Shown in pieces: positions 45,984-55,029 of a stretch of DNA of 64,000 nucleotides. The stretch's first letter is position 1. Each line of letters begins with the position of its first letter. Below the pieces are notes generated by a model that worked only from the letters and a program-made list of their open reading frames with translations, was not told the origin of the DNA and made no database searches. This stretch comes from an uncultured Actinomycetota bacterium (GTDB taxonomy: Bacteria; Actinomycetota; Thermoleophilia; RBG-16-64-13), in the NCBI GenBank assembly GCA_963790415.1, contig CAWBOK010000003.1:607273-671272 (forward strand), in the 5' to 3' direction. Made by a program: the position numbers and the translations under genes.

Positions 45984-46385
45984 GTGCTCTTGTCAGACTC
46001 ATGCGTTTATACCATCGTCACCATCGACAAGCTTGCTCGTGCAGCATCCGAGGGCGTGTCGTTGAAGCGGCGGGAGAACAGCCGTTGGGTTAGCGGGGCC
46101 AGGCTGCTCGCCAAAGCGCAGGAGGAGTCGGTGGCGTTCCCGCTGGTCCTGGCTGACGCCAAAGACTGCAGCAAGCTTCTCTACTGGGGCATCCTCGCCC
46201 ACTTGGTCGTTGCCGATGAGTATTCGGACTACACCGTCGACCGTTTGCGTTCGATCAGCGGCACCCACACTCCGCAGGAGCTGATTCTCCTATCCTCGGG
46301 AAGAACCATCGCGCCTGGATTCATCCGCCCGTACGCTCTGTGCCGTACGCCTGACTTCATCGTGGCAGCGGCAGAGACCGAGTAG
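45984..46385 (+). CDS. hypothetical protein
   Basis: 133-aa ORF with GTG start, lower GC than the flanks; no motif recognised. Confidence 0.4.
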   Translation: MLLSDSCVYTIVTIDKLARAASEGVSLKRRENSRWVSGARLLAKAQEESVAFPLVLADAKDCSKLLYWGILAHLVVADEYSDYTVDRLRSISGTHTPQELILLSSGRTIAPGFIRPYALCRTPDFIVAAAETE

Positions 46386-46954
46386 GTGATCACCTCTCAG
46401 CTGCTGCTGGTGATTCTCACGGGTCCATCTCTTGCCGGGCCGTCCGATCCTGATTCCGGTGGCGAAACCTCCCGGGACCTTGGGGGACGCGGACCTACAT
46501 GTGTCCGGGCACGGGGTGCTTTGGCGACGACCACTGGCAAAGTGCCCACATCAGAGCTATGGCCGGCACGCAGCGAGGGCGATAGAGGCGGCCACCAGTG
46601 CGCGCCCGTCCTCGACCGCTTCCGTTCCGTGGGCCCAGGTAGTACGATGGCCGCGCCGACGGAACTCCGCTGCGCAGGAGGGACCATGACCATGGACGCC
46701 TCGAGTGGGCTGTTCGTTTGAGCGCGGACCCGAGCCTCTTTCTCCCTGGGCGTGACCCACAAGTAAACGAGCTGATCCAGATCCGTTCCTGGCGATGGCT
46801 GATCGAAGAAGTGGTCCCACCCAGCGTTGGCCACGGTGCGATTGCCCTGATGCATGGCCGCCCTCGGCTCTTCGAGCTTCACCGTGCGATGAGCGCACGC
46901 TACTCGTGGGTTTCGCCGAGACTCACGACCCACAGGCAGTGATGGGCAACCGTT

Positions 46955-47602
46955 TTGGGGTGGGCTCAACGATTGGCTGTCGACAATAATGAGGTGGTGG
47001 GACTGATGGCGGTGACCCCAGATCAGGTCGATCAAGTTGTGGCCCTCTTGGAGGACGGACATACATCTGCCGAGATCGCTACGCTCGTTGGTTTGAGCAA
47101 GCCCACCGTCTGGGCTGTCAAGGCGCACTGGACCCAGGGGACATACTCGTCTAGACCGCGAGTTGACGACGACAGGGACGACGGGCAGAGCCAGGATCTT
47201 ATTTTGTCACGGGCGGTCCGTGCCTTGGCCCAAGGGGTCCACCCCGGTACTGGGGAGTCACTCGACGGCGACCCAGCCCTCAACGATCCGTACGTCATCC
47301 GTCTTCTCTTCAAGGCTGCAGACCGGCTGGCCGATCTGGACGACGAACGGATGATGCGCTCTCGGAGCGCCAGACCAGCCCGCAGGCCTTCTGCGTCGGA
47401 CGAGGAGAAGCGGGCAAGGAATCAGGAGGCTGGGCAACCTGCTAGGTCGCACTTCCCGTGGGGTGAGGAGGAGTGCGCGAACCTGGCTGATGATTTCCAG
47501 GCCGGAGTGGCATTAGCAGAATCGGCCCGAAAGCTCGAGCGCAGCAAGTCGGCTGTGACGGGACAACTCATCAAGATGGGCCTGCTTGAGTGGCCGAAGT
47601 GA
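46955..47602 (+). CDS. HTH-domain protein (two HTH-like segments)
   Basis: SAEIATLVGLSKPTVWAVK near the N-terminus and ESARKLERSKSAVTGQLIKMGL at the C-terminus; start may be the internal ATG (MAVTPDQV). Confidence 0.5.
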   Translation: MGWAQRLAVDNNEVVGLMAVTPDQVDQVVALLEDGHTSAEIATLVGLSKPTVWAVKAHWTQGTYSSRPRVDDDRDDGQSQDLILSRAVRALAQGVHPGTGESLDGDPALNDPYVIRLLFKAADRLADLDDERMMRSRSARPARRPSASDEEKRARNQEAGQPARSHFPWGEEECANLADDFQAGVALAESARKLERSKSAVTGQLIKMGLLEWPK

Positions 47603-47726
47603 CAGACCGCTGCTGGTCGAGGAGGCGTTGCGGGTGGGGGCATCGAGGAAGATGCTTCTTTGCGGGTCTTTCCCCGTATCGCGAGGCATCCGAGTGAAGG
47701 ACGGCAGGGCGAGCGCGGGGGGCCTC

Positions 47727-47757
47727 TGCCCTCCGTCTGCAAACGTCAGCCTGCCTT
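47727..47757 (+). repeat. 31-nt direct repeat copy R2 (overlaps the integrase stop)
   Basis: TGCCCTCCGTCTGCAAACGTCAGCCTGCCTT; see R1. Confidence 0.55.
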
Positions 47758-48927
47758 GGCCTTGTCTTGACCCTCGTCCTTGACCTTCTGCCGGGCGGTC
47801 GCCAGGGCTCCGTCCAGCTTGAGGGCCGCCGCTTCCTGCATGTCTGGGAGCACGTGTGAGTAGACGTCCATGGTCAGCACGATGGTGGAGTGGCCCAGAC
47901 GTTCGGACACGACCTTGGGATGGATGCCTTGGCGCAGCAACTGCGTGGCGTGGGAGTGTCGCAGGTCGTGGAGCCGGATGCTCACGCCGGCCGTCGTTGC
48001 CAGCTTGCGCCAGTGCACGCTGAAGGTGTCTGGGTGCCAGGGCTGGCCGTTCTCCGCCGGGAAGACCAACCCGTGGTCGTCGAAGACGACATCCAGCCGG
48101 CGCTTGTCCCAGCGTTGTTGGACGCGATGGCGCTTGAGCGCCTTCACGGTCACGGGCATGAGCGCGATGGAGCGTCGGCTCTTGCCGGTCTTGGGCTCGC
48201 GGAACGCAAGGCCGTCCGCTGTCGTGCTCAGCGCCTGCTGGACGCTACAGACCGCTTCGTCTAGGTCTACATCGGCCCAGCGAAGGCCGAGGAGTTCCCC
48301 TCGCCGCATCCCGGTCGTGACGGCTACCAGCACGGGAGCATACATCCGGGTGCCCTCGGCGGCGGCGAGCAGGCGTGCGGTCTGCTCTTCGTCGAGGACC
48401 TGCATCTCCTTGCGCTCGGCACGCGGGGGAACAGCTCCGTCGGATGGGTTGTACGGTAGCAACTGCCAGCGGACGGCCTGTTGCAGCGCGCCGTGCAGCA
48501 CACGATGGTGATGGACGACGGTACGGGCGGAGAGTCCGCCGGTGCCGTTCAACCGGCCATGATCGAGGGCGTCCGTGAGCATGGCCTGGATGTGGAGCGG
48601 ACGGAGTTTGGCCAGTTGGAACTGGCCGAGAGCGGGGCTCAGGTGTTTGTTGACGATGTCAGCGTACCGTTCGTAGGTCTTCGGGGCCACGGAGGAGCGC
48701 GCGTAGTCGTTTAACCACCGCTGCAGGTAGTCGGCCACCAGCATACGATTCGTGTCGGCGTACACCCCGGTGTTGATCTCATGAAGGAGTCGGGTCAGCT
48801 CGCGCTCAGCATCCTTCTTGTTGCCCTGCACCGTGTGCCATTTCTGACGGCGCTTGCCATCAGGGTCTTTGTCCAGTTCAATGACGACGGCCCATGCCTT
48901 GCCTCGCTTGCGTACGTGTCCTTTCAA
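47746..48927 (-). CDS. tyrosine-type site-specific integrase
   Basis: TTG 48927 with GGAGGG RBS (LKGHVRKRGKAWAV N-terminus typical of phage integrases); catalytic region LGLRWADVDL ... HDLRHSHAT ... LGHSTIVLTMDVYSH. Confidence 0.9.
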   Translation of the reverse strand: MKGHVRKRGKAWAVVIELDKDPDGKRRQKWHTVQGNKKDAERELTRLLHEINTGVYADTNRMLVADYLQRWLNDYARSSVAPKTYERYADIVNKHLSPALGQFQLAKLRPLHIQAMLTDALDHGRLNGTGGLSARTVVHHHRVLHGALQQAVRWQLLPYNPSDGAVPPRAERKEMQVLDEEQTARLLAAAEGTRMYAPVLVAVTTGMRRGELLGLRWADVDLDEAVCSVQQALSTTADGLAFREPKTGKSRRSIALMPVTVKALKRHRVQQRWDKRRLDVVFDDHGLVFPAENGQPWHPDTFSVHWRKLATTAGVSIRLHDLRHSHATQLLRQGIHPKVVSERLGHSTIVLTMDVYSHVLPDMQEAAALKLDGALATARQKVKDEGQDKAKAG

Positions 48928-48929
48928 AT

Positions 48930-50174
48930 CTAGCCCTCCTCTGTTTGTGGTTGTTCTTGTTCCTTGTTGCTCTTTGCGTTGCGGTAGCGGCGCTTGGCGG
49001 CGGTGTGTCGGCACCGATCCGTGCAGTAGTCCGCCCACTCGACGTCAGAGATGAATGGCGTCCGGCACACGCTGCACACCTTGATCTGCTTCACCCGTGC
49101 GATCTCTCGGAGGATCATGACGGCATAACTCGAAAGCAGAGTCAGCGACTGGCTTCTCAGGCCAAAGCGTCCGTCGTCTCCTAGGTCGAGCATCGAGCCA
49201 ACGGGGCGCGTTAGCCGGTTCAAGTGCTCAACGGCCATGACCAGGTCCTGGGCCGAGTTCCATGCGGATCGCAAATCGCTCCCGCTGCGCCGCTGTAACG
49301 TGGCGAGTACCTGGCTCAGAGAAAGCGCCTCGAGCAGGAAGGAATCCACAGACTCGGCGTAGAGTTCCCAGAACGCAGCGCTCGCGGGGAACGGGTAGCG
49401 GAATGTCTCTGCTTCGGCCTCGGGCACGGTCGGGAAGTACTCGCGCCTTGCTTGGGCCAGATTGACCCAGTGACCGCCTTCCATCACGGCGCGTGGCGCA
49501 CCCCAACCCCGAGGTCGCGGCATGCTGTTATCGGCCGTCAAAGGCAACTCGTCGGCTACGTCCAAGGGAAGAATGCCGGTGTAGACCCTTTGGGAACCTC
49601 GCTTCTCCAACTGCAAGTGCCCGCGGGTCAGGAGCATCTCCACCAGTCCTGGGGCTGCGCGAACCTCGCAGCTGAAAGTTGTAGACCCCTGCTCCCACTT
49701 ACCTGGGGCCCTGTAGAACCTCTCGAAAGTCACACTCAGGCAGTCTTCGGGGGCCAATTGGTCGCTGGCTAGTTTCAGGCGTGCCTTCGGAGCCAGATGG
49801 AGTTCGGTGCAGCGCTGGGAGAAGACGCCTAGGACGCCGTGCTTGACGCACCAACTGGCGAGCCGGTCCGTACGCCGGGTGTCCAGGCGCAGTGGACCGT
49901 TGGCCCCAAGACCCATCTCGAGACTGGTCTGGAGGCTTTCCAGCACGGGCGGCGTGACCACCCTGGGCAGCATGGACAGCAGGGATTGGTAGGACGGCTC
50001 CCTCGTAGTGCCGCCCTTTCGGTAGTGGCCGCGTTGCACTGATTGCTCGTACTCCCTCCAGGGGTCGTAGCTGGTGAGTTCGGCTCCCGGCGCCGGCCGG
50101 ATCCACCCGTCCGTCACCTCGTAGGCGGAATAGCGCACCCATGATCCTAAAGGGGGTTCGTATGGCCTCGGCAT
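48930..50174 (-). CDS. hypothetical protein with C-terminal CGNR-like zinc ribbon
   Basis: 414 aa; stop 2 nt before the integrase start; C-terminal CSVCRTPFISDVEWADYCTDRCRHTAAKRRYR; remainder unrecognised. Confidence 0.6.
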   Translation of the reverse strand: MPRPYEPPLGSWVRYSAYEVTDGWIRPAPGAELTSYDPWREYEQSVQRGHYRKGGTTREPSYQSLLSMLPRVVTPPVLESLQTSLEMGLGANGPLRLDTRRTDRLASWCVKHGVLGVFSQRCTELHLAPKARLKLASDQLAPEDCLSVTFERFYRAPGKWEQGSTTFSCEVRAAPGLVEMLLTRGHLQLEKRGSQRVYTGILPLDVADELPLTADNSMPRPRGWGAPRAVMEGGHWVNLAQARREYFPTVPEAEAETFRYPFPASAAFWELYAESVDSFLLEALSLSQVLATLQRRSGSDLRSAWNSAQDLVMAVEHLNRLTRPVGSMLDLGDDGRFGLRSQSLTLLSSYAVMILREIARVKQIKVCSVCRTPFISDVEWADYCTDRCRHTAAKRRYRNAKSNKEQEQPQTEEG

Positions 50175-50272
50175 CCTTTCTCCTTGTCTACTGCAATGTC
50201 CTCAGGTTTCTATATGACATATGAAGTCTACCATGAGTGAACGTGATCGCATAGGACAAGAGGAGATAGCCA

Positions 50273-50467
50273 ATGAAGGACTTCCTTTCGCTTGCCGAAG
50301 CGGCCCAAGAGCTGGGGGTCAGCCAGCTCACCGTCTATCGAATGGTTCGCGACGGCCAAATCCCTGCCGTGCGGGTTCGTCAGTCCATCCGCATCCCGGC
50401 AGACGCGCTAGAGCGCCTTCCTTCATACGTCGAGCCCCATAAGCGAGAGGAGCACGACGGTGGCTAG
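50273..50467 (+). CDS. excisionase-family (MerR-like HTH) DNA-binding protein
   Basis: 64 aa; LSLAEAAQELGVSQLTVYRMVRDGQIPAVRV..SIRIP. Confidence 0.8.
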   Translation: MKDFLSLAEAAQELGVSQLTVYRMVRDGQIPAVRVRQSIRIPADALERLPSYVEPHKREEHDGG

Positions 50468-50678
50468 GGAACCGCACCCCCGGAGCGTGGAGGATCTCCC
50501 CGATGTCATCACCATTCCTGAACTCTCTCCCCTTCTGCGCATGTCCGTGAGCAGCGCCTACGACTACGCTCGCCGCGGACTTCTCCCCGTGCCGGTGATC
50601 CGGTGCGGTCGGCGCATGTACGTGAGTAAGGCCGCCTTGCTCCGCGTGCTTGATGCTCAGAAGTCAGTGGAGTCATGA
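50460..50678 (+). CDS. second excisionase-like HTH protein
   Basis: 72 aa; ITIPELSPLLRMSVSSAYDYARRGLLPV..GRRMYVSKAAL; overlaps both neighbours. Confidence 0.65.
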   Translation: MAREPHPRSVEDLPDVITIPELSPLLRMSVSSAYDYARRGLLPVPVIRCGRRMYVSKAALLRVLDAQKSVES

Positions 50679-53095
50679 GCGAGCTGCTTTTGCAGGCCGC
50701 CTTGAACTACGCGGCGCGCGGTTGGCCCCTCCTTCCGCTCCACGGGATCCGCGACGGCGCCTGTGACTGCGGTGCTGCCGAATGCAGCTCCCCGGGCAAG
50801 CATCCCATCGGCCGAGCGGTCCCCCGTGGACTACACGACGCGACCATAGATCCGGCAGTGATCCGTGCCTGGTGGCAGCGGTGGCCCAACGCCAATGTCG
50901 GGGTGTGCACCGGCGAGGAGTCCGGGTTCATCGTTCTGGACGTGGACTCCGCTGAGGCTCTGGACCTGCTGAAGAGCAGCGGCCGGAACATACCTGACGA
51001 CGCTCTCTGGCAGTTGACCGGTAGGGGGTGCCAGTATCTCTTTGCCCACCCGGGTTTCAGAGTGCCGAACTCCACGAGTAAGGTGGCCGCCGAGGTGGAC
51101 GTCAAGGGCGATGGTGGGTACATCGTCGCGCCTCCATCGATGCACTACCTGGGCAGCTGCTACGAGTGGAAGAGCGATTGCGAGCCGGGGCCGGCCCCCG
51201 AGTGGCTACTCAACTTCCTGCGTCAGCCCGCTGCAATGGCGCCCCTGACACCCGCTTCAATGACGAACATACTCGATGTCGATCTTCTGACCACAGTTCA
51301 TGGAGCAGCCGAGAGGATGCGTCAGGCGCCGGAGAGGACTCGCAACACGACGTTGAACGCGGTCGCCTTCTCTCTTGGACGGCGGGCAGCGCTTGGGCTT
51401 CACCGTGACGCGGCAGAGGCTGCCCTAGTTGGCGCCGCCATGGCTGCGGGCCTAGGTGAGGCGGAGACGCGGAGAACGTTTGCTAGCGGATGGAGTGCCG
51501 GACTTCGGCATCCGCTGGAGATGGCGGGCGGGGCGCAAGTTGGGCCTGAAGAGCCCCCATGGCCCCCGCGCCAGTCGCTCCCGCCGGCCACGCCGCCCGT
51601 GCCCATCCTCCCCGAGGACATGGTCCCGGCACCGTTGCGCGCCTGGCTCGTCGACGAAGCGGAACGGGCCTGCCTACCCTTGGAGTATCTCGCCGTGCCG
51701 GCGCTCGTGGCCGCCGCGGCCACCCTTGGCCGAACGGTGTGCATCAAGCCCGAGGCGTACAGCCACTGGAAGGTGGTCCCCAACCTGTGGGGTGGCATCG
51801 TAGGCCACCCGGGCACGCTGAAGTCGGCCGCCATCAGCGCCGCGCTGGCGCCGCTCAACCGCATACAGGCCAAGTACATGGAGCTGCACACGGCTGGGGA
51901 AGCTGAACGGGCCGTCCTGCGGAGAAGCCTTGAGGTGCAGATACAAGCTATCGAGGGTCAGATCCGTTCCGCGGTGAGGGATGCTTCTGGCAGTTCTGGC
52001 AGTGACTCCACCGGCGTCGACATCGCTGCGCTCGAGTGCGACCTGCGGCAGCGACATGCGGACCTGGTCACACTCGAAGTCTCGGCCAAGCGGTTCGTGA
52101 CCCAGGACGCGACGACGGAGAAACTGGGCGAGCTGCTGCGAGACAACCCGCGAGGGCTCCTCCTCTCCCGCGACGAGCTGGCGGGCTGGCTTCACGGGTT
52201 CGAACGCACGGGTCGGGAGGGTGACCGCGAGTTCTACCTGGAGGCCTGGAACGGCGATGGTAGCTACACCGTCGACCGTATCGCTCGGGGCACAGTCCAC
52301 ATCGAGGCTCTCTGCCTCAGCCTTGTGGGCAGCATCCAGCCGGGGAAGCTCAACGCCTACGTCCGCGAAGCCGTTGGCGGTGGTGTGGGGGCCGATGGGT
52401 TACTCCAGCGCTTGCAGCTCCTCGTGTATCCCGATGCCAGCCCGGATTGGCGTCGCTCCACCGGTTGGGCGGAGCACGAACACCGGGATCAAGTCCACGT
52501 GCTCTTCGAGCGGCTGGAGCAGATGGACCCCCAACGCCTGCTGGCCGACCCAACCGACTTCGACTCGCTGCCCGCGCTGCGTTTCTCACCCGAAGCTCAG
52601 GTCGTGTTCGATGGCTTCCGGAACCGGCTCGAGATCCGTCTGCGATCGGACGAGCTGAAGAGGACCCCCGCCTTTTGCGCCCACCTGGCCAAGTACCGCT
52701 CGCTGATGCCGACGCTGGCCCTGGTCTTTCACGCCCTCGACGTTGCCTCTGGCAAGGCAGGGGGGCCGGTCTTGCAGGCGCACGCTCTGCTGGCCGTGGC
52801 CTGGTGCGATCTTCTGGAAGCGCATGCTCGCAAGGTCTACTCGATCGAACTCGGACCGGGCGAGTCGGCGGCTCACGCCTTGGCGGAGAAGATACGGAGG
52901 GGCACCCTTGGCGACGGCGACGCGGTCCGCGACATTTACCGCAACCAATGGTCCGGCCTTGCGTCACCGGAGATTGTCCGCGCTGGCCTGGATGTCCTTG
53001 TCGATGCCGGGTGGGTGCGACTGGTCATGGAGCGGACCGGTGGACGGTCACGCGAGATCGTCCTGCTGCACCCCGAACTCAAGGGGCAGCGGTGA
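50675..53095 (+). CDS. bifunctional primase-polymerase (Prim-Pol N-domain) with large C-terminal DUF3987-like domain
   Basis: 806 aa; ARGWPLLPL, GKHP, NVGVCTGEESGFIVLDVD, DVKGDGGYIVAPPS; C-terminal about 450 aa resembles primase-associated YfjI/DUF3987-type domains (from memory). Confidence 0.85.
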   Translation: MSELLLQAALNYAARGWPLLPLHGIRDGACDCGAAECSSPGKHPIGRAVPRGLHDATIDPAVIRAWWQRWPNANVGVCTGEESGFIVLDVDSAEALDLLKSSGRNIPDDALWQLTGRGCQYLFAHPGFRVPNSTSKVAAEVDVKGDGGYIVAPPSMHYLGSCYEWKSDCEPGPAPEWLLNFLRQPAAMAPLTPASMTNILDVDLLTTVHGAAERMRQAPERTRNTTLNAVAFSLGRRAALGLHRDAAEAALVGAAMAAGLGEAETRRTFASGWSAGLRHPLEMAGGAQVGPEEPPWPPRQSLPPATPPVPILPEDMVPAPLRAWLVDEAERACLPLEYLAVPALVAAAATLGRTVCIKPEAYSHWKVVPNLWGGIVGHPGTLKSAAISAALAPLNRIQAKYMELHTAGEAERAVLRRSLEVQIQAIEGQIRSAVRDASGSSGSDSTGVDIAALECDLRQRHADLVTLEVSAKRFVTQDATTEKLGELLRDNPRGLLLSRDELAGWLHGFERTGREGDREFYLEAWNGDGSYTVDRIARGTVHIEALCLSLVGSIQPGKLNAYVREAVGGGVGADGLLQRLQLLVYPDASPDWRRSTGWAEHEHRDQVHVLFERLEQMDPQRLLADPTDFDSLPALRFSPEAQVVFDGFRNRLEIRLRSDELKRTPAFCAHLAKYRSLMPTLALVFHALDVASGKAGGPVLQAHALLAVAWCDLLEAHARKVYSIELGPGESAAHALAEKIRRGTLGDGDAVRDIYRNQWSGLASPEIVRAGLDVLVDAGWVRLVMERTGGRSREIVLLHPELKGQR

Positions 53096-53463
53096 TGAGG
53101 GGGGTCCTCAACGCGACGCGGAATGCTTCTGTGACGCCGCTGGGGGCCCTGACGCAACTGACAGAAGCGGCGCCCAGCACATCCACGCGACACGCGTGTA
53201 CGGCCACCTGGCCCCTGGTTCTGGCGCTGACGGAACTGACAGAAGTGTCCGCACGAAGCGCACCTGGAGCGTCTGCGTGGTGGGACGGGCCGACTCCAGC
53301 GCGCCCGCGAGCCGCTCTGGTATGGCCGTCAATAAGACGCCTGGTAGATCGCCTGTCCTGGAGAATTGGCCCCGTCGCCCGCCATGATGCCAGGGCCGTT
53401 GGCAGACGTAGACGTGAAAATGGTGGCTCGCAGCCACACCGACCAGCAACGCAGGCAACCTGA
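53095..53463 (+). CDS. hypothetical protein (contains the two iteron-like repeats)
   Basis: 122-aa ORF; ATG overlaps the primase stop (TGATG) and ends 13 nt before the next start; coding status uncertain. Confidence 0.4.
   Translation: MRGVLNATRNASVTPLGALTQLTEAAPSTSTRHACTATWPLVLALTELTEVSARSAPGASAWWDGPTPARPRAALVWPSIRRLVDRLSWRIGPVARHDARAVGRRRRENGGSQPHRPATQAT
53149..53245 (+). repeat. two 19-nt direct repeats CTGACGSAACTGACAGAAG (iteron-like)
   Basis: 53149-53167 and 53227-53245, 18/19 identical, 78 bp apart, immediately 3' of the primase gene. Confidence 0.7.
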
Positions 53464-53476
53464 AAGGAACGATGTC

Positions 53477-54121
53477 ATGATAACCGAGTGCGACAACACG
53501 TTGACGGTCACTGGTCCGGTGGATCCAGTGAGGGCCTTCATGCGAACCGCCCAAGGCCAGGACAGCCCTCTCTCACTAGCGAACTTCATCCCTATGCATG
53601 CCGACCTGCTCGTCCCCGTTCCGGGCTACTCCGACCGCTATCTAGGCGAACAAGATCGGGACGGGGCCTTTCCGGTGTTAGCTTGTACTGTGGACGAACT
53701 CGTGGCTCGGTACGAGCAGAACCTGGCCGCATATGGCGCCCGGCATTGGCTCGAGTGGCGACGGCAACACTGGGGTGTCGAATGGGACGTGAGTGACGCT
53801 GAGTGGGTCCATGCGACGCTGTCGGGCGAGGGAGCTGCGACAGAGGCATCTGTGGACTACTGGTTCACCACGGTCTCCGCCCCCCCGCTTCCCGTCTATG
53901 CGGCCATGAGCCGACAGTTCCCTAGTCTCCTCATCGGAGGTAGTTACAGCTGGTTCTTTGGGCCCTTCTACGGCCATGTGAGCCATCGAGGGGGACAACT
54001 AGTGGAGGAGAGATACCGGCCATATCCGTTCAACAGCGGCGTGGTGGACAACCAACGCGATTGCCCGGTCTTTGTGGACGAGTTGGATCCTAATGGTCGC
54101 AACCACCCGTTCGAGTTGTAG
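53477..54121 (+). CDS. hypothetical protein, DUF1281/Api92-like N-terminus
   Basis: 214 aa from ATG 53477; ITECDNTLTVTGP resembles the NWC.N.L.V.G start of DUF1281-type plasmid/phage proteins (from memory). Confidence 0.55.
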   Translation: MITECDNTLTVTGPVDPVRAFMRTAQGQDSPLSLANFIPMHADLLVPVPGYSDRYLGEQDRDGAFPVLACTVDELVARYEQNLAAYGARHWLEWRRQHWGVEWDVSDAEWVHATLSGEGAATEASVDYWFTTVSAPPLPVYAAMSRQFPSLLIGGSYSWFFGPFYGHVSHRGGQLVEERYRPYPFNSGVVDNQRDCPVFVDELDPNGRNHPFEL

Positions 54122-54151
54122 CCGTAGAAAACAAGGGCACCCATCCAACGG

Positions 54152-54184
54152 GGGCCGCAGCGCCAATTGTCGGCGCTGCGGCCC
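54152..54184. terminator. bidirectional rho-independent-type terminator
   Basis: GGGCCGCAGCGCC-AATTGTC-GGCGCTGCGGCCC, a 13-bp perfect stem, followed by TATTCATCTCTT. Confidence 0.65.
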
Positions 54185-54344
54185 TATTCATCTCTTGAGT
54201 CATCCAGCAGGATCAACCTTCGAAAAGCGGCTAACCGTCGGAGATCCATCCGCAGGCAATGGTGCTCCACTACCCCGATGTGTCCTGGCAATGGGTGTGG
54301 CAGATGTCGTCGTATGGTGAGCAGCGTTGTCTGAATGCCATCGT

Positions 54345-54923
54345 CTAAGCCCGAAGCAGATGCTCCTCAAGCTCATCGAAGAGCCGGTCCGCGATCGGGT
54401 CATCTACCCGAGGGCCTCGCTCGTCGAGAATGTGCTCCAGGCGGTTTATGCCAGCCTGGAAGGCGGACCCCTCTCCGCTCACGACGGTGGCGCTGCGCGC
54501 CGTCACCTCGTTGGCCATGAGCAGCGCCTTGTCGGTGGCGATCGCCGCGCTGGTTAGGATGGCCTTGAGAGGCGCTGAGCCGCCCAGCAGGCGCAGCTTC
54601 CGCAAGACAGGGTCGTCGGGATCGGCAGAAGCATTCACGTCGATCTGAAGCGCCCGCAGCGCCATTTCCTGACATGCGGTGGCCAGGTGTTCCCACGTCT
54701 CGGCAATGTCGGCGCGTCGGGCCGCCCAGCCCTTCTGCGCAGCCTCCCCGGGCGAGTCGGCTATGGTGTCTAGTTTTTCTTCGGCTGCGATGTTGCACCA
54801 CCGGCCCACTGTGGCGTCACTGACACCAAGAGCCCGGGCCACAGCGCGCCGAGACTCGCCCGCTTGGACCCGATCGACGGCCTCTCTTCGGGTTGATGCG
54901 CTGTGGATTACCTTGGTGCCCAT
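54345..54923 (-). CDS. HTH protein (small-terminase-like or regulator)
   Basis: 192 aa from ATG 54923; N-terminal RREAVDRVQAGESRRAVARALGVSDATVGRWC; helical C-terminal part. Confidence 0.55.
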   Translation of the reverse strand: MGTKVIHSASTRREAVDRVQAGESRRAVARALGVSDATVGRWCNIAAEEKLDTIADSPGEAAQKGWAARRADIAETWEHLATACQEMALRALQIDVNASADPDDPVLRKLRLLGGSAPLKAILTSAAIATDKALLMANEVTARSATVVSGEGSAFQAGINRLEHILDERGPRVDDPIADRLFDELEEHLLRA

Positions 54924-55029
54924 GTTACTTGTATACCTGATGTTGCGTCCTAGCGCACCTGCTTCATCTTCAAAGTGGTCTATACCTAAGCGTGGTATTG
55001 AAAGGACTGTGCTCAGAAGACAATCTGGT

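Noticed and set aside
46397-47128. 243-aa minus-strand ORF (and 111-aa plus-strand ORF 46386..46721) in the R1-R2 remnant
   Set aside because: No RBS, no motif and odd composition, and it overlaps the better HTH gene at 46955. I treat 46386-46954 as non-coding or decayed DNA. A degraded integrase was looked for (R..HxxR..Y pattern) and not seen.
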